Source: an uncultured Candidatus Saccharibacteria bacterium (lineage in GTDB: Bacteria; Patescibacteriota; Doudnabacteria; UBA920). Taken from it: a stretch of 64,000 nucleotides of DNA. The DNA lies in the NCBI GenBank assembly GCA_964532425.1, contig CAZHIA010000008.1, positions 13,224-77,223 on the forward strand. Reading direction: 5' to 3'. Positions 47,983 through 57,400 of the stretch are shown in pieces (positions within the stretch are counted from its first letter, which is position 1; every line of letters begins with the position of its first letter). A program made the translations under genes and the position numbers. The notes beneath the pieces are model-generated. The model saw nothing but the letters and a program-made list of their open reading frames with translations. It made no database searches and was not told the origin of the DNA.

Positions 47983-48777
47983 CTAGCGCAGGACTGACAT
48001 ATCCTTAACCGATGTGGCAGTAATAGCAGGACTCTCCGCCAGGTGTTTGCCCTGAACGCGGACCGTGTCGTTGTAATTGAACTGGTTGAGGGTGGCGGAT
48101 TTGCCGTTTTTCTTTTGCAGCTTGGCTTTGCTGATATCGACCGAATAGATGACATTATTGGCCACGACGGTCATCCAACCGTCGCCTTTCATGGTCAGAG
48201 TGCCGGTTATGTCGATATTGACCAAGCGCATGGTGGCCTGGACATCGGTTGCTTTTATGTCGGAATTGGAACGGTCCCATATGCCTTTTACCGTGGCATT
48301 CATTCCTGTTTGCAGGTCTCTGAGTCCGCCATTGCTGCCGCTGACTTTGAACATGGTGTAACTGTCGGTATGAATGGTTTGGGTTCCGAACTGGCTGCTT
48401 TGGAGCAGGAAACTTGAGGTGCTGGCATCAACCTGCGTAATTTTTCCGTTAAACGTTCCGGTGTGAGTATAGAGCGACAGATCTCTCACGGTAGCGGCGT
48501 TCATACTGTTGTCTGGCCACAGTGTACCGCTGACTTCGATCTTGTCGCCGGCAAGTATCTCCGAAAATTGCATAGGGGTTCCGTTCTTGCGCATGAGGGT
48601 CGCCTTCGAGGTTTCTGCCACGTAGACAGCCCCGCTGCCGGCCTTGAAGGCGATCTGGTTGCCCCAGGTGTGCGTAACTGTTCCGGCCAGGGTTTGCTGG
48701 ACTGCCGCCGTAGCGGTTGCCGGAAGGAGGCAGGTTATGGCTAGAGCCATGAGGCCTGCAGTACCGATTTTTTTCAT
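47983..48777 (-). CDS. Secreted DUF5666-like protein (three OB-like repeats)
   Basis: Signal peptide; three repeats ending GDKIEVSG / GMNATVKG / NDTVRVQG. Confidence 0.75.
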   Translation of the reverse strand: MKKIGTAGLMALAITCLLPATATAAVQQTLAGTVTHTWGNQIAFKAGSGAVYVAETSKATLMRKNGTPMQFSEILAGDKIEVSGTLWPDNSMNAATVRDLSLYTHTGTFNGKITQVDASTSSFLLQSSQFGTQTIHTDSYTMFKVSGSNGGLRDLQTGMNATVKGIWDRSNSDIKATDVQATMRLVNIDITGTLTMKGDGWMTVVANNVIYSVDISKAKLQKKNGKSATLNQFNYNDTVRVQGKHLAESPAITATSVKDMSVLR

Positions 48778-48980
48778 AGGAATGGAGTAAATTTTGTTTC
48801 TAAAAAGTTGCCTTATTTACGCCCCCAGTATACACCGAAACGCCTGGCGTGTTAAGGGAAGAGTGTTGCGGGGATAAAACGACTTTTGTTACGCAGGAAA
48901 ATATTTTTTTGATTGCAATTTCGGTTTGTAATGGAATATAGCCGTAAAAAATCTTGCATAACAAGGAGTGCCATCGTAGA

Positions 48981-49802
48981 ATGAACGAAAGTCTTCCATT
49001 AAAATGCAAAAGCTTGATCAAACCAATTAAAATTATTTCCGGAGTCTCGGTGGCAAGTGTTCTCTTATTGGCCGGATACTTGTACGCTTCGTCCTTGCCG
49101 CTTCGGGAACCGGTGCAACATAGTCCTGTTGGGGACACGGCAGTCGCCGTCCTCCAGGAAACTGCATCTTCGTCTCAACCGGCTGTAGAAGCTCCTGCTG
49201 CAACCACAACAGGCAACAGTTCTGCAACGGCCAAAGTACAGAATCAGGGTTTGCTTTCTAAGGCGGTGAGTACGGCAGATGCGCAGGAGGAGTCGCCGTC
49301 GAGTTTGCAGGCTCTGGCCAACAGCGTTACGCCTGATCCGGTGACGCTTCGTATCCCGTCTATTCAACTGGTCGCACCCATCGTCAAGACCGGACTTGAG
49401 AAGGACGGTTCCTTGCACGTGCCGAGTTCGCCGGACCAGACAGGATGGTACTCTCTTGGCACCAGGCCGGGGGACATTGGCCCTGCTGTCATTACCGGAC
49501 ATTATGATTCAAAATTTGGCCCAGGAATTTTATATAATTTAAAGAATATCAAGGCAGGTGATCAGATCCAGGTGGTGAGGGACGACGGAACAGTCGCGGT
49601 GTTTGCAGTCGATCGCCTTGCACTCTATCCGCAGGACAATTTTGCCACCCAGGAAGTCTATGGCAGTATTGAGAGCGCCGGTTTGCGCATTATTACTTGT
49701 GCCGGAACCTATAGCAAGAAAACCGGCCATTATTCGGATGATCTGGTCGTGTATGCTACGTTGAGGCAGGTGCTGGTGCCGGGTGCGTATCAGCCGCTCT
49801 GA
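48981..49802 (+). CDS. Class F sortase
   Basis: LRIPSI, GWY..RPGDIGPAVITGHYD, LRIITCAG; N-terminal TM. Confidence 0.9.
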   Translation: MNESLPLKCKSLIKPIKIISGVSVASVLLLAGYLYASSLPLREPVQHSPVGDTAVAVLQETASSSQPAVEAPAATTTGNSSATAKVQNQGLLSKAVSTADAQEESPSSLQALANSVTPDPVTLRIPSIQLVAPIVKTGLEKDGSLHVPSSPDQTGWYSLGTRPGDIGPAVITGHYDSKFGPGILYNLKNIKAGDQIQVVRDDGTVAVFAVDRLALYPQDNFATQEVYGSIESAGLRIITCAGTYSKKTGHYSDDLVVYATLRQVLVPGAYQPL

Positions 49803-49874
49803 AGGCCATATTAGCATTTAAACATAGAAACATAAAACACCACATGCAGTGGTGTTTTTGATTTATTTTATACC

Positions 49875-50198
49875 TTATCGATAGATGAGGGCGCCGATCG
49901 CGACAAGTCCGTTGAGAATAAACCATAGGCAATAGGTAAAGATAATGGTTTTTTCCTTGTGGAGAATGCCGTATGCGATCCAGAAGACGGAAAAGATGAA
50001 GTATGACATCCAGGAGATAGCCGAGACGCCTTCAACGGAATGATCGACCCAAATTTTGACAACTTGCGGGACAGTCATAATCGGGCCGAGGGCGCCGATA
50101 ACGTACATGACTTTGTCCATGACTCGAACTGCGGGCCGTTCCGGAATTTCTGTGCCGGCACGTTTGCGTTGGTGGAGGTGGTGGAATCCTTCGTGCAT
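49875..50198 (-). CDS. SemiSWEET/PQ-loop family transporter
   Basis: MTVPQVVKIW, GVS, WIAYGI; three TM segments. Confidence 0.8.
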   Translation of the reverse strand: MHEGFHHLHQRKRAGTEIPERPAVRVMDKVMYVIGALGPIMTVPQVVKIWVDHSVEGVSAISWMSYFIFSVFWIAYGILHKEKTIIFTYCLWFILNGLVAIGALIYR

Positions 50199-50258
50199 AT
50201 ATATAGTATATCAAATTCAAATCAATATTGTTTATGACAGTATTAATCACTATCTCTC

Positions 50259-50384
50259 GTAGGCAGGCAGGCTGGTAAAATTTTTTTGCCCTGCGCCTTG
50301 CCTGCTGCGCGTTTACTATCAATGAAAGTCCGTAGAGGGCAAGGCGTTATGGCAAAACAAATTTTATCCAGCCTGCCTGCCTAC
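50259..50384. mobile_element. REPIN-like long hairpin (GTAG...CTAC)
   Basis: GTAGGCAGGCAGGCTGG...CCAGCCTGCCTGCCTAC; ~45-50 bp imperfect stem. Confidence 0.7.
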
Positions 50385-50423
50385 CATGGTCTGCTATAAT
50401 ACAAAACCGGGATATTATGTATG

Positions 50424-51047
50424 TTACTTTGCGATATCCGGAGCCGGAGCCGCTTTGGTCACCTGCCTGACCAGGACGGCATCGCTTGTGGTGGCAATGC
50501 CTTTCACCGTTACCGATTGCCCGTTCGTGAGACCGAAGTCGGAAACGCTCAGCAGCATACAGCCGATGCGGTGCTGCTCGTCCCCGCACACGCTATTCAT
50601 GTCAAAATCTAGGCGCGCTTTGAGTGCCGGCTTGCCCGGTTCTTCGTATACTAGGTAGAGGCGTTCGCCGTTGCGCGACGGTTTTTCTTTGACGACCACG
50701 CCCGCATGAGAGAAATTAATCTCCGTCTCGCATAGTTCTTCCCACGGCCGCTGGCATTTCTGGGTAGCCGCGCACCACTGGTAGCCGGCAGAGCCAATGC
50801 ATCCATGTTCGTCTCGATCGCTACCCGGCGCGGGCTGGACAGCGGCTTGCTGCGTGCTGGTAGCTGTTTCTTGCGGTGTGTGTCCGCAGCCGGTGGTCGG
50901 TTTTGGCGCAGCTGGTTTGCCATGGGCAGTCCACTGCCCGTTCTGGCAGATCCACGTGTCCTCGGGACCGCTAAAAACCCGCAGTGCCAGCATGGCACCG
51001 CCAAGTGCAAACAAAGCAATAATGAGGGCAAAAAGTGTTTTTTTCAT
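50424..51047 (-). CDS. Membrane-anchored protein with GPEDTWIC and DEHGCIGSAGYQWC modules
   Basis: N-terminal TM; Cys module shared with 58610-59122. Confidence 0.75.
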   Translation of the reverse strand: MKKTLFALIIALFALGGAMLALRVFSGPEDTWICQNGQWTAHGKPAAPKPTTGCGHTPQETATSTQQAAVQPAPGSDRDEHGCIGSAGYQWCAATQKCQRPWEELCETEINFSHAGVVVKEKPSRNGERLYLVYEEPGKPALKARLDFDMNSVCGDEQHRIGCMLLSVSDFGLTNGQSVTVKGIATTSDAVLVRQVTKAAPAPDIAK

Positions 51048-51315
51048 GGAACTATATAGAAGAATTAAGCGTATATAACAGTTTACCCGCGCACCAAATT
51101 TATAAGCAATGCATCAAAGTGCATGCCGGGGCAAATGATCATTTAGCACACTTCCCCGTTTAATGAATTTGGTGCATGGGTATAGTATACGCCCGATTGC
51201 CTTGTGGATACAAAAATGATAAACAATTAACCATTAACAGTTGGCCTTTGACTCTCTTCGGGCACCCTGATGTCGAGAAGGGGTTATCATGGTACAATAG
51301 AATTGAAAAACAGCC

Positions 51316-52932
51316 ATGAATATCCAAAAAGTATTCGACAACCTTACCCAAACACCCATGACCATACCCGGCTGGCTCGCCGGGTTTGGAGGAATTGTGT
51401 TTGTACGGTTCTTGCTCGAGAACCTGTCCAACCCATCGAGCAGCGGCAGTCTCACTACTGATGCGGCCACCTTGGTCCATTATGCACTCTTTTATTTAGC
51501 CGCAACCTTGCTCATTGCACTCATTCTCCACTGGTTCTCCGGCAAACCGGCATTGGCAGTAATGAAATTTACGCTGTTCGGCCTTCTTATTACATGGCTA
51601 CCGCCGCTGATCGATCTGGCGGCCAGAGGCGGGCAGGGAAGTGTCATGGCTTATTTGTTCAGTCCAAAACCGCTGCTGTGGCAGCAGTTGATTAGCTTCT
51701 TTGGTCCGCTGACTTTGTCGGGCATTACGCTCGGGATCAGGATTGAAGTTGCAATTATCTGCCTGGTTGCCGGATTATTTGTATACTCTGCAAAACGGCA
51801 AATTGTTGTGAGCGTACTAGCGGCGCTTGCAGTCTATGCGGTGCTGTTCGTTCTGCTTGCGCTGCCGGCCGTAGTTGGGTTAATGTGCGTCTCATGTCAG
51901 ACAGGCTCCAGTGTTCTGGCCTATTGGCACACAACACTTGCCAGTTCTGCCATCAGCTTGAATTTTTTGCACCCCACCATCCGCCTGTCAGAAAGCCGGG
52001 CGTTTGAGATTTACTTCGATGTAGCCATGGCTCAGCTGTTCTACTTGCTCGCCCTTGCTGCGGGAATGATATTGGCCTGGCGCGCACACAAAAACGCAGT
52101 CATTCATATTTGGAAAAATTCCCGGTTCCTGCGGGTCATACATTACTTTCTGTTGATTGTCCTTGGCATGCTGTTGGCTCAGGCACCGGCGATGAGCCGG
52201 AATTGGGTCCTGGCAACTACGCTCATTATGTTGTTTTTGTCATTCTATTTCTCGTGGATGTTTGCCGTGGGCACGAATGACATTGCTGATGTCGGCATTG
52301 ATCAGATTAGTAACCAGGACCGGCCGCTTGTGACGGGCTCAGTTAACGCGGAAGTCATGAAAGGGTATAACTGGATTTTTCTGCTGCTGTCCCTGACCGC
52401 GGGTTTTTTGGCCGGGCACAATACGTTTTTCTTGGTGCTTGCCTTTACTGCCGTCTATTATGTATATTCCATGCCGCCGCTGCGGCTCAAACGCATTATT
52501 GGACTGTCAGTCGCACTGGTGGCGCTGGCCGGCGTATGCGCAGCTATGGCAGGGTTTCTATTTTGGAATTGGGATAAATCGGTCAGTGCTATTCCGTTGC
52601 AATATGCCCTGCTTCTTTTTCTCGTTTTGTTTCTTACGGTGAATTTTAAAGATTTGAAGGATGTGGACGGGGATCGCCAGGAAGGTATCCTGACCGTGCC
52701 AGTTCTGCTGGGGAAGCGGACGGGGACAACTGTGGTACTGGTACTCTGGCTTATTGCCGGAGCGTTGGGCGCCGTTATAATCGGCCACTGGTGGTTGTCC
52801 ATTCTCCTGGCCGTCATGCTCGCCTGGGCCCAGTGGCGCATAATCTCCAAAGGCTACAACGAACGGATCATGTTCGCGGTCTATTACGCGTATGTCTTGT
52901 TGTGTGCGGGAGTAGTGGTATGGTTGAAATAA
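51316..52932 (+). CDS. UbiA family prenyltransferase fused to an N-terminal multi-TM region
   Basis: NDIADVGIDQISNQDRPL, YSMPPLRLKR, KDLKDVDGDRQEGILTVP. Confidence 0.88.
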   Translation: MNIQKVFDNLTQTPMTIPGWLAGFGGIVFVRFLLENLSNPSSSGSLTTDAATLVHYALFYLAATLLIALILHWFSGKPALAVMKFTLFGLLITWLPPLIDLAARGGQGSVMAYLFSPKPLLWQQLISFFGPLTLSGITLGIRIEVAIICLVAGLFVYSAKRQIVVSVLAALAVYAVLFVLLALPAVVGLMCVSCQTGSSVLAYWHTTLASSAISLNFLHPTIRLSESRAFEIYFDVAMAQLFYLLALAAGMILAWRAHKNAVIHIWKNSRFLRVIHYFLLIVLGMLLAQAPAMSRNWVLATTLIMLFLSFYFSWMFAVGTNDIADVGIDQISNQDRPLVTGSVNAEVMKGYNWIFLLLSLTAGFLAGHNTFFLVLAFTAVYYVYSMPPLRLKRIIGLSVALVALAGVCAAMAGFLFWNWDKSVSAIPLQYALLLFLVLFLTVNFKDLKDVDGDRQEGILTVPVLLGKRTGTTVVLVLWLIAGALGAVIIGHWWLSILLAVMLAWAQWRIISKGYNERIMFAVYYAYVLLCAGVVVWLK

Positions 52933-52952
52933 CATCAGAGAAGTATATACAG

Positions 52953-53035
52953 AACTCCTACGAACATACGAAAATTACGAACTACGAACCGTTGTAAATT
53001 TCGTAGTTCGATCAGTTCGTACGTTCGTAGGAGTT
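52953..53035. repeat. Inverted TACGAA repeat hairpin
   Basis: AACTCCTACGAAC(ATACGAA)n...(TTCGTA)nGTTCGTAGGAGTT. Confidence 0.75.
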
Positions 53036-53068
53036 GTGAAGATTGCCCGGTATCCATAATGTGAGAGA

Positions 53069-53097
53069 TTGACACGCCTCGTTATTTTTACTATAAT
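53069..53097 (+). promoter_or_regulatory. Consensus sigma70 promoter
   Basis: TTGACA-17 nt-TATAAT. Confidence 0.8.
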
Positions 53098-53140
53098 TTT
53101 TAGGCAATTTCTACCCCTTTGCGGGGTTATTTTATATAGT

Positions 53141-54634
53141 ATGAACGACAGCGTTATTTTGCGGTTTTCCGATGTCAGCTTTGAATATTCCCACAACAAG
53201 CCTCTGCTACAAGAGGCGAGTTTTTCCGTGCGTACCGGCAGCCGCATTACGCTTATGGGCCAGAACGGGGCGGGTAAGAGCACGCTACTCAAACTGGTGA
53301 CTGGGGAATTAAAGCCCGCTGAGGGCAGTATTTCTATAACCCCGCGCGATGCTACCATTGCCATAGCCCGCCAGGTCATGCCTAAGGAATGTGCAGACCT
53401 GACCGTGCGCGAATACTTTGCCACTGCTTTTACTGAAACTAAATACAATCTCGACAAGCTTATTAAGGATGTCTTCGAAGTGGTCAATGCGAATCTGGCG
53501 CTCGACAAGCGGGTAGGCAATTTGTCCGGCGGCCAGCAGGCTCGGTTGTTGTTGGCTCATGCGCTCATCCAGAATCCAGACATTTTGCTGCTCGACGAGC
53601 CGACCAACAACTTGGATCAGCAGGGGATCGAGCATCTGACCGGCTTTTTGATGATGTACGAAAAAACCGTACTGGTCATTTCCCACGACGCGGACTTTTT
53701 GAATGCATTCTCCGACGGCGTCTTGTACCTCGATGTCTTTACGCATAAGATCGAACAGTACTCCGGTAACTACTATGACGTGGTCGAGGAGATTAAGAAC
53801 CGCATCGAGCGCGAGAATCTGCAGAACGCGCGCATGCAGACCCAGATTAAGGAAAAGCTGGCCCAGGCCGAGGTTTTCGCCCACAAAGGCGGCAAGCTGC
53901 GCGCCGTAGCCAAGCGCATGCGCGAGTCGGCTGAAGAAGCGGAAGAGAGCATTGTTGACGTGCGCCGGGAAGACAAGACCATCCGTGATTTCGATATCCC
54001 GGTACAGGAATTCGACCCGTTCTTTGACGGCAAGATTTTGACGTTCAATTCGGTTTCGGCCTTTAACGGCCATGAAGTGGTACAGAAAGATATCGACCTA
54101 GTGGTCAGGAAGGGAATGCATGTCATAATTTCAGGACCGAATGGCATTGGCAAATCGACGTTATTGGAAAAGATTGCTGGTGTTTTCGGTACGGGAGGGT
54201 CGCGACCCTCCCCTACAGAGGAAGGGTTTGTTGTTGCAAAAGACACGGTTATCGGTTACTACAAACAGGATTTCGGCAACCTGGATTTCCAGCAAAAAGC
54301 TTTTGATGCCCTGAAAGAAGTCATGCAAAAGTTCGATGAGCATGTGTTGCGATCGACCGCCGCCGGTTTTTTGCTGGATGGTAAGCTGCTCGACCAGCCC
54401 ATTGCCGCCCTTTCCGAAGGGCAGAAGGGGCTCTTAGCCTTTTGCCGGTTGGTTCTGCTTAAACCCGGCCTGCTCATTTTGGACGAGCCGACCAATCACA
54501 TTAACTTCCGCCACCTGCCCGTTATTGCCAAGGCGCTCGACAATTACCAGGGTGCCATGGTCATGGTCTCCCACATTCCGGATTTTGTGTCGCAGATCAG
54601 GATCGACCAGAATATAGATCTTGATAATCTATAA
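53141..54634 (+). CDS. ABC-F family ATP-binding protein
   Basis: Two NBDs: GQNGAGKST/LSGGQ/LLDEPTN/SHD and GPNGIGKST/LSEGQ/LDEPTNH; no TM domain. Confidence 0.93.
   Translation: MNDSVILRFSDVSFEYSHNKPLLQEASFSVRTGSRITLMGQNGAGKSTLLKLVTGELKPAEGSISITPRDATIAIARQVMPKECADLTVREYFATAFTETKYNLDKLIKDVFEVVNANLALDKRVGNLSGGQQARLLLAHALIQNPDILLLDEPTNNLDQQGIEHLTGFLMMYEKTVLVISHDADFLNAFSDGVLYLDVFTHKIEQYSGNYYDVVEEIKNRIERENLQNARMQTQIKEKLAQAEVFAHKGGKLRAVAKRMRESAEEAEESIVDVRREDKTIRDFDIPVQEFDPFFDGKILTFNSVSAFNGHEVVQKDIDLVVRKGMHVIISGPNGIGKSTLLEKIAGVFGTGGSRPSPTEEGFVVAKDTVIGYYKQDFGNLDFQQKAFDALKEVMQKFDEHVLRSTAAGFLLDGKLLDQPIAALSEGQKGLLAFCRLVLLKPGLLILDEPTNHINFRHLPVIAKALDNYQGAMVMVSHIPDFVSQIRIDQNIDLDNL
54189..54216 (-). repeat. 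GTAG-type REP inside the ABC-F coding sequence
   Basis: Minus strand GTAG-GGGAGGGTCGCGACCCTCCC-GTAC; translated as GTGGSRPSPT. Confidence 0.75.
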
Positions 54635-54753
54635 ATCAAAAAGCCCCGCTCCGTGCGGGGCTTTTATGTTACTTTTCCTCACAAATATCGTAAACAGTGG
54701 TATACTATCTTTAAGGAAATCTTCCTTAAAGAAACCAAATTAACTTATTCTAT

Positions 54754-56766
54754 ATGAGCAATAAGAAGCCCCTGGCGGTGCTGTTTCTCTCGGCCTGTGT
54801 TGTGGCCGGGATGGTAGCGCTCCAGGTCCAGGCTGCCAGCACCCCAAAAGCGGCAGTGAAAAAAACGTCTGTCTCTGGCGTGGTAAAATTCACCAGCACT
54901 GCGGACTTTAAGAATTATCTGGCCAAGTCCCGCAATGTTACCGGCGGGGGAGGGTTCGGCATGTCCCGGTCCGGAGGTTTAGCTCTTCCGACTATGGCCC
55001 TGGAAGCAGCGCCGGCTCCAAGCGCTTTTGCTGCCAACTCTAAATCAGACAGTATGGTCGGCAGCGCCGGAGCTACTCAGTACTCCCAGACCAATGTGCA
55101 AGTTGCCGGCATTGATGAGCCGGACATTGTTAAAACCGATGGACAATCCATTTTCTTCTCGCAGCAAGGGTATGGCTATATGTACGACTACATGCCATCG
55201 CCTACGCTTAAGGTCGGTTCCGCGGAAGCGGTTATGCCGCCGGGTTATCAGTCCGGCGGGACCCGTGTTATTGATGCCTTGCCTGCCCAGGACGCCAAAG
55301 TTGATTTTACAATCAGCAAGACGGGGCAATTGCTGCTTTCCGGCAACAACCTGCTGGTCTTTGATTATGATAAAGTCTACGGCTACGACGTGACAGACCG
55401 CTCAAACCCCAAACAGGTCTGGAGCGTTAAGTACGAGAATAGCAACAGTATGGTCTCGGCCCGGCTTTCGAACGGCAAGATCTATCTGGTGACAAAGGGA
55501 AATATCCGCCAGTCCGCGCCGTGCCCAATGCAACCGCTCTCTGCTAACGGAACCATGATCGCCATCCCGTGCACCGGCATATACCATCCGGTCAGTCCGG
55601 TACCGAGCCCGGTGGTCTTTACAGCGTTCGTTATCAACCCTTCTTCCGGTGCAGTAGAGAATAAAGTATCATTCGTGGGCTCGGATAGCCAACCGCTGGT
55701 CTATATGTCAGACGGTTCGCTCTATGTTACATATGCCCTGCCGGAACAGACCTTAAAACTCATGATCGATTTCTTAAAGCAGCGCGCTCAGGACTTGGTG
55801 CCCGGTGACGTGATTGCCCGGCTCGACAGACTGAATGGGTACGATATCAGCGACAGCTCGAAATTGAACGAAATGACTCTTATCTTGGACCAATATGAGA
55901 GCGGGCTGAGTGACGACGACCGTAGCCGTATGGATACAGAGCTGCAGAACCGCATGCAGGATTTTGCCAAAGCGCACAAGCGCGATTTGGGTCAGACCGG
56001 GATTGTCAGAATTAATTTGGGAAACTTTGCCGTCGCGGCTTCCGGCAGCGTGCCGGGAACGCCGCTCAACCAGTTCTCGCTTGATGAGTACCAAGGGTAC
56101 CTGCGCGTGGCTACGACCGTAGGTGGTAATTGGTCTTCCTTGTGGCGCATGGGCCGGGTGGAGTCGGCTAACGACGTATATGTACTCGACGGTAATTTGA
56201 AGACAGCGGGACAGATTCAGGATTTGGGGGTGACCGAACGTATTTATTCCGCCCGTTTCATCGGCGACCGCGGCTACCTCGTAACCTTCCGCCAGACTGA
56301 TCCATTCTATGTCTTGGACTTGAGCCGTCCATCGGCTCCGGTCATGGCCGGCGAGCTCAAGATCCCGGGTTTCTCATCGTACTTGCATCCGCTGGCGCCG
56401 AACCGCATCCTGGGAGTGGGAATGGAAAATTCCAAGGTCAAGCTGTCGCTCTTTGATGTCAGTGACCCGAAAAATCCATCCGAGATCTCGAAATATTCAC
56501 TGGATGCCTACTGGACCGACGTATCTAACGATCACCATGTCTTCCTACAGGATGAACGCCATCATATTTTCTTCATCCCGGGAGGGGACAAGGGGTATGT
56601 ACTTAGCTATGAAGGCGATCAGATCAAGCTTAACAAGGTCATTAGCAGCATCCAGGCCAAGCGCGCCGTGTATGTCGGCGATTATCTCTACATTCTTGGT
56701 TCCGACAAGATGGTCGTCGTCGACGAACAGAGTTGGGACAAGGTTAAGGAAGTGAGTCTGGATTAG
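54754..56766 (+). CDS. Secreted beta-propeller domain protein (Beta_propel family)
   Basis: YSQTNVQVAGIDEPDIVKTDG, NQFSLDEY, ERIYSARF, LVTFRQTDP, GELKIPGFSSYLHP. Confidence 0.9.
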   Translation: MSNKKPLAVLFLSACVVAGMVALQVQAASTPKAAVKKTSVSGVVKFTSTADFKNYLAKSRNVTGGGGFGMSRSGGLALPTMALEAAPAPSAFAANSKSDSMVGSAGATQYSQTNVQVAGIDEPDIVKTDGQSIFFSQQGYGYMYDYMPSPTLKVGSAEAVMPPGYQSGGTRVIDALPAQDAKVDFTISKTGQLLLSGNNLLVFDYDKVYGYDVTDRSNPKQVWSVKYENSNSMVSARLSNGKIYLVTKGNIRQSAPCPMQPLSANGTMIAIPCTGIYHPVSPVPSPVVFTAFVINPSSGAVENKVSFVGSDSQPLVYMSDGSLYVTYALPEQTLKLMIDFLKQRAQDLVPGDVIARLDRLNGYDISDSSKLNEMTLILDQYESGLSDDDRSRMDTELQNRMQDFAKAHKRDLGQTGIVRINLGNFAVAASGSVPGTPLNQFSLDEYQGYLRVATTVGGNWSSLWRMGRVESANDVYVLDGNLKTAGQIQDLGVTERIYSARFIGDRGYLVTFRQTDPFYVLDLSRPSAPVMAGELKIPGFSSYLHPLAPNRILGVGMENSKVKLSLFDVSDPKNPSEISKYSLDAYWTDVSNDHHVFLQDERHHIFFIPGGDKGYVLSYEGDQIKLNKVISSIQAKRAVYVGDYLYILGSDKMVVVDEQSWDKVKEVSLD

Positions 56767-56830
56767 ACTCAACAAAAACACCCTCTTGAATAAGAGGGTG
56801 TTTTTAGTATGTTGAGATGTTTTGTAGTGC

Positions 56831-56902
56831 AAGCCCGTGGCCTGCCCCCGTCGGTTGTCAACTCCGACGCAAGGTCGGAGTCCCGACTAAAGCGTCGGGG
56901 TT
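56831..56902. repeat. Cluster of short palindromic elements
   Basis: CTCCGAC-GCAAG-GTCGGAG and CCCGAC-TAAAGC-GTCGGG hairpins. Confidence 0.55.
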
Positions 56903-56921
56903 ATCATCTCTTGTCCTCATT

Positions 56922-57320
56922 CTACCACGTCACGCTTGGGCCGATAGTGAAGAGGCGCTTGATGCGGTTGGACAGCGTGCCGAAATTAATGTCCGATTTC
57001 ACGAAGTACTCTTCAATGTGGTACTGGTTGGCTTTGTCCATGGAAGCCTGATCGCTTAAATTGCTTACCACCACTACCGGAATGTGGGCCAGTTCTTGCT
57101 CGGGCATGGCACGAAGCTTTTCCAGAACGCCGAAACCGTCGAGTTTCGGCAGGAGCAGGTCAAGTACAATGGCATCCGGGCGGTTGGCGGCGATTTGGGC
57201 AATAGCGTCTTCCCCGTCTTCGGCAGAGGTAATGACATACTCATCGATGAGCTGGTCAATAATGATCTTGCGAAGTTCTGCATCATCCTCCACGACCAAT
57301 ATCTTTTTATTGAGATCCAT
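56922..57320 (-). CDS. Single-domain response regulator
   Basis: ILVVEDD, LDLLLPKLDG, VVVSN, YFVK. Confidence 0.92.
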   Translation of the reverse strand: MDLNKKILVVEDDAELRKIIIDQLIDEYVITSAEDGEDAIAQIAANRPDAIVLDLLLPKLDGFGVLEKLRAMPEQELAHIPVVVVSNLSDQASMDKANQYHIEEYFVKSDINFGTLSNRIKRLFTIGPSVTW

Positions 57321-57400
57321 ATGATTATGTAGGCCTTTTATCTGATAGCTAAAGCTGTTTGTATTTTACCGCGAAATACCAGAATAGGGAAGTTGGGTGT

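Noticed and set aside
44892-49802. Paralogs as canonical sortase substrates
   Set aside because: None ends in an LPxTG-like motif + TM + basic tail; they end in Cys-rich or Ig-like caps.
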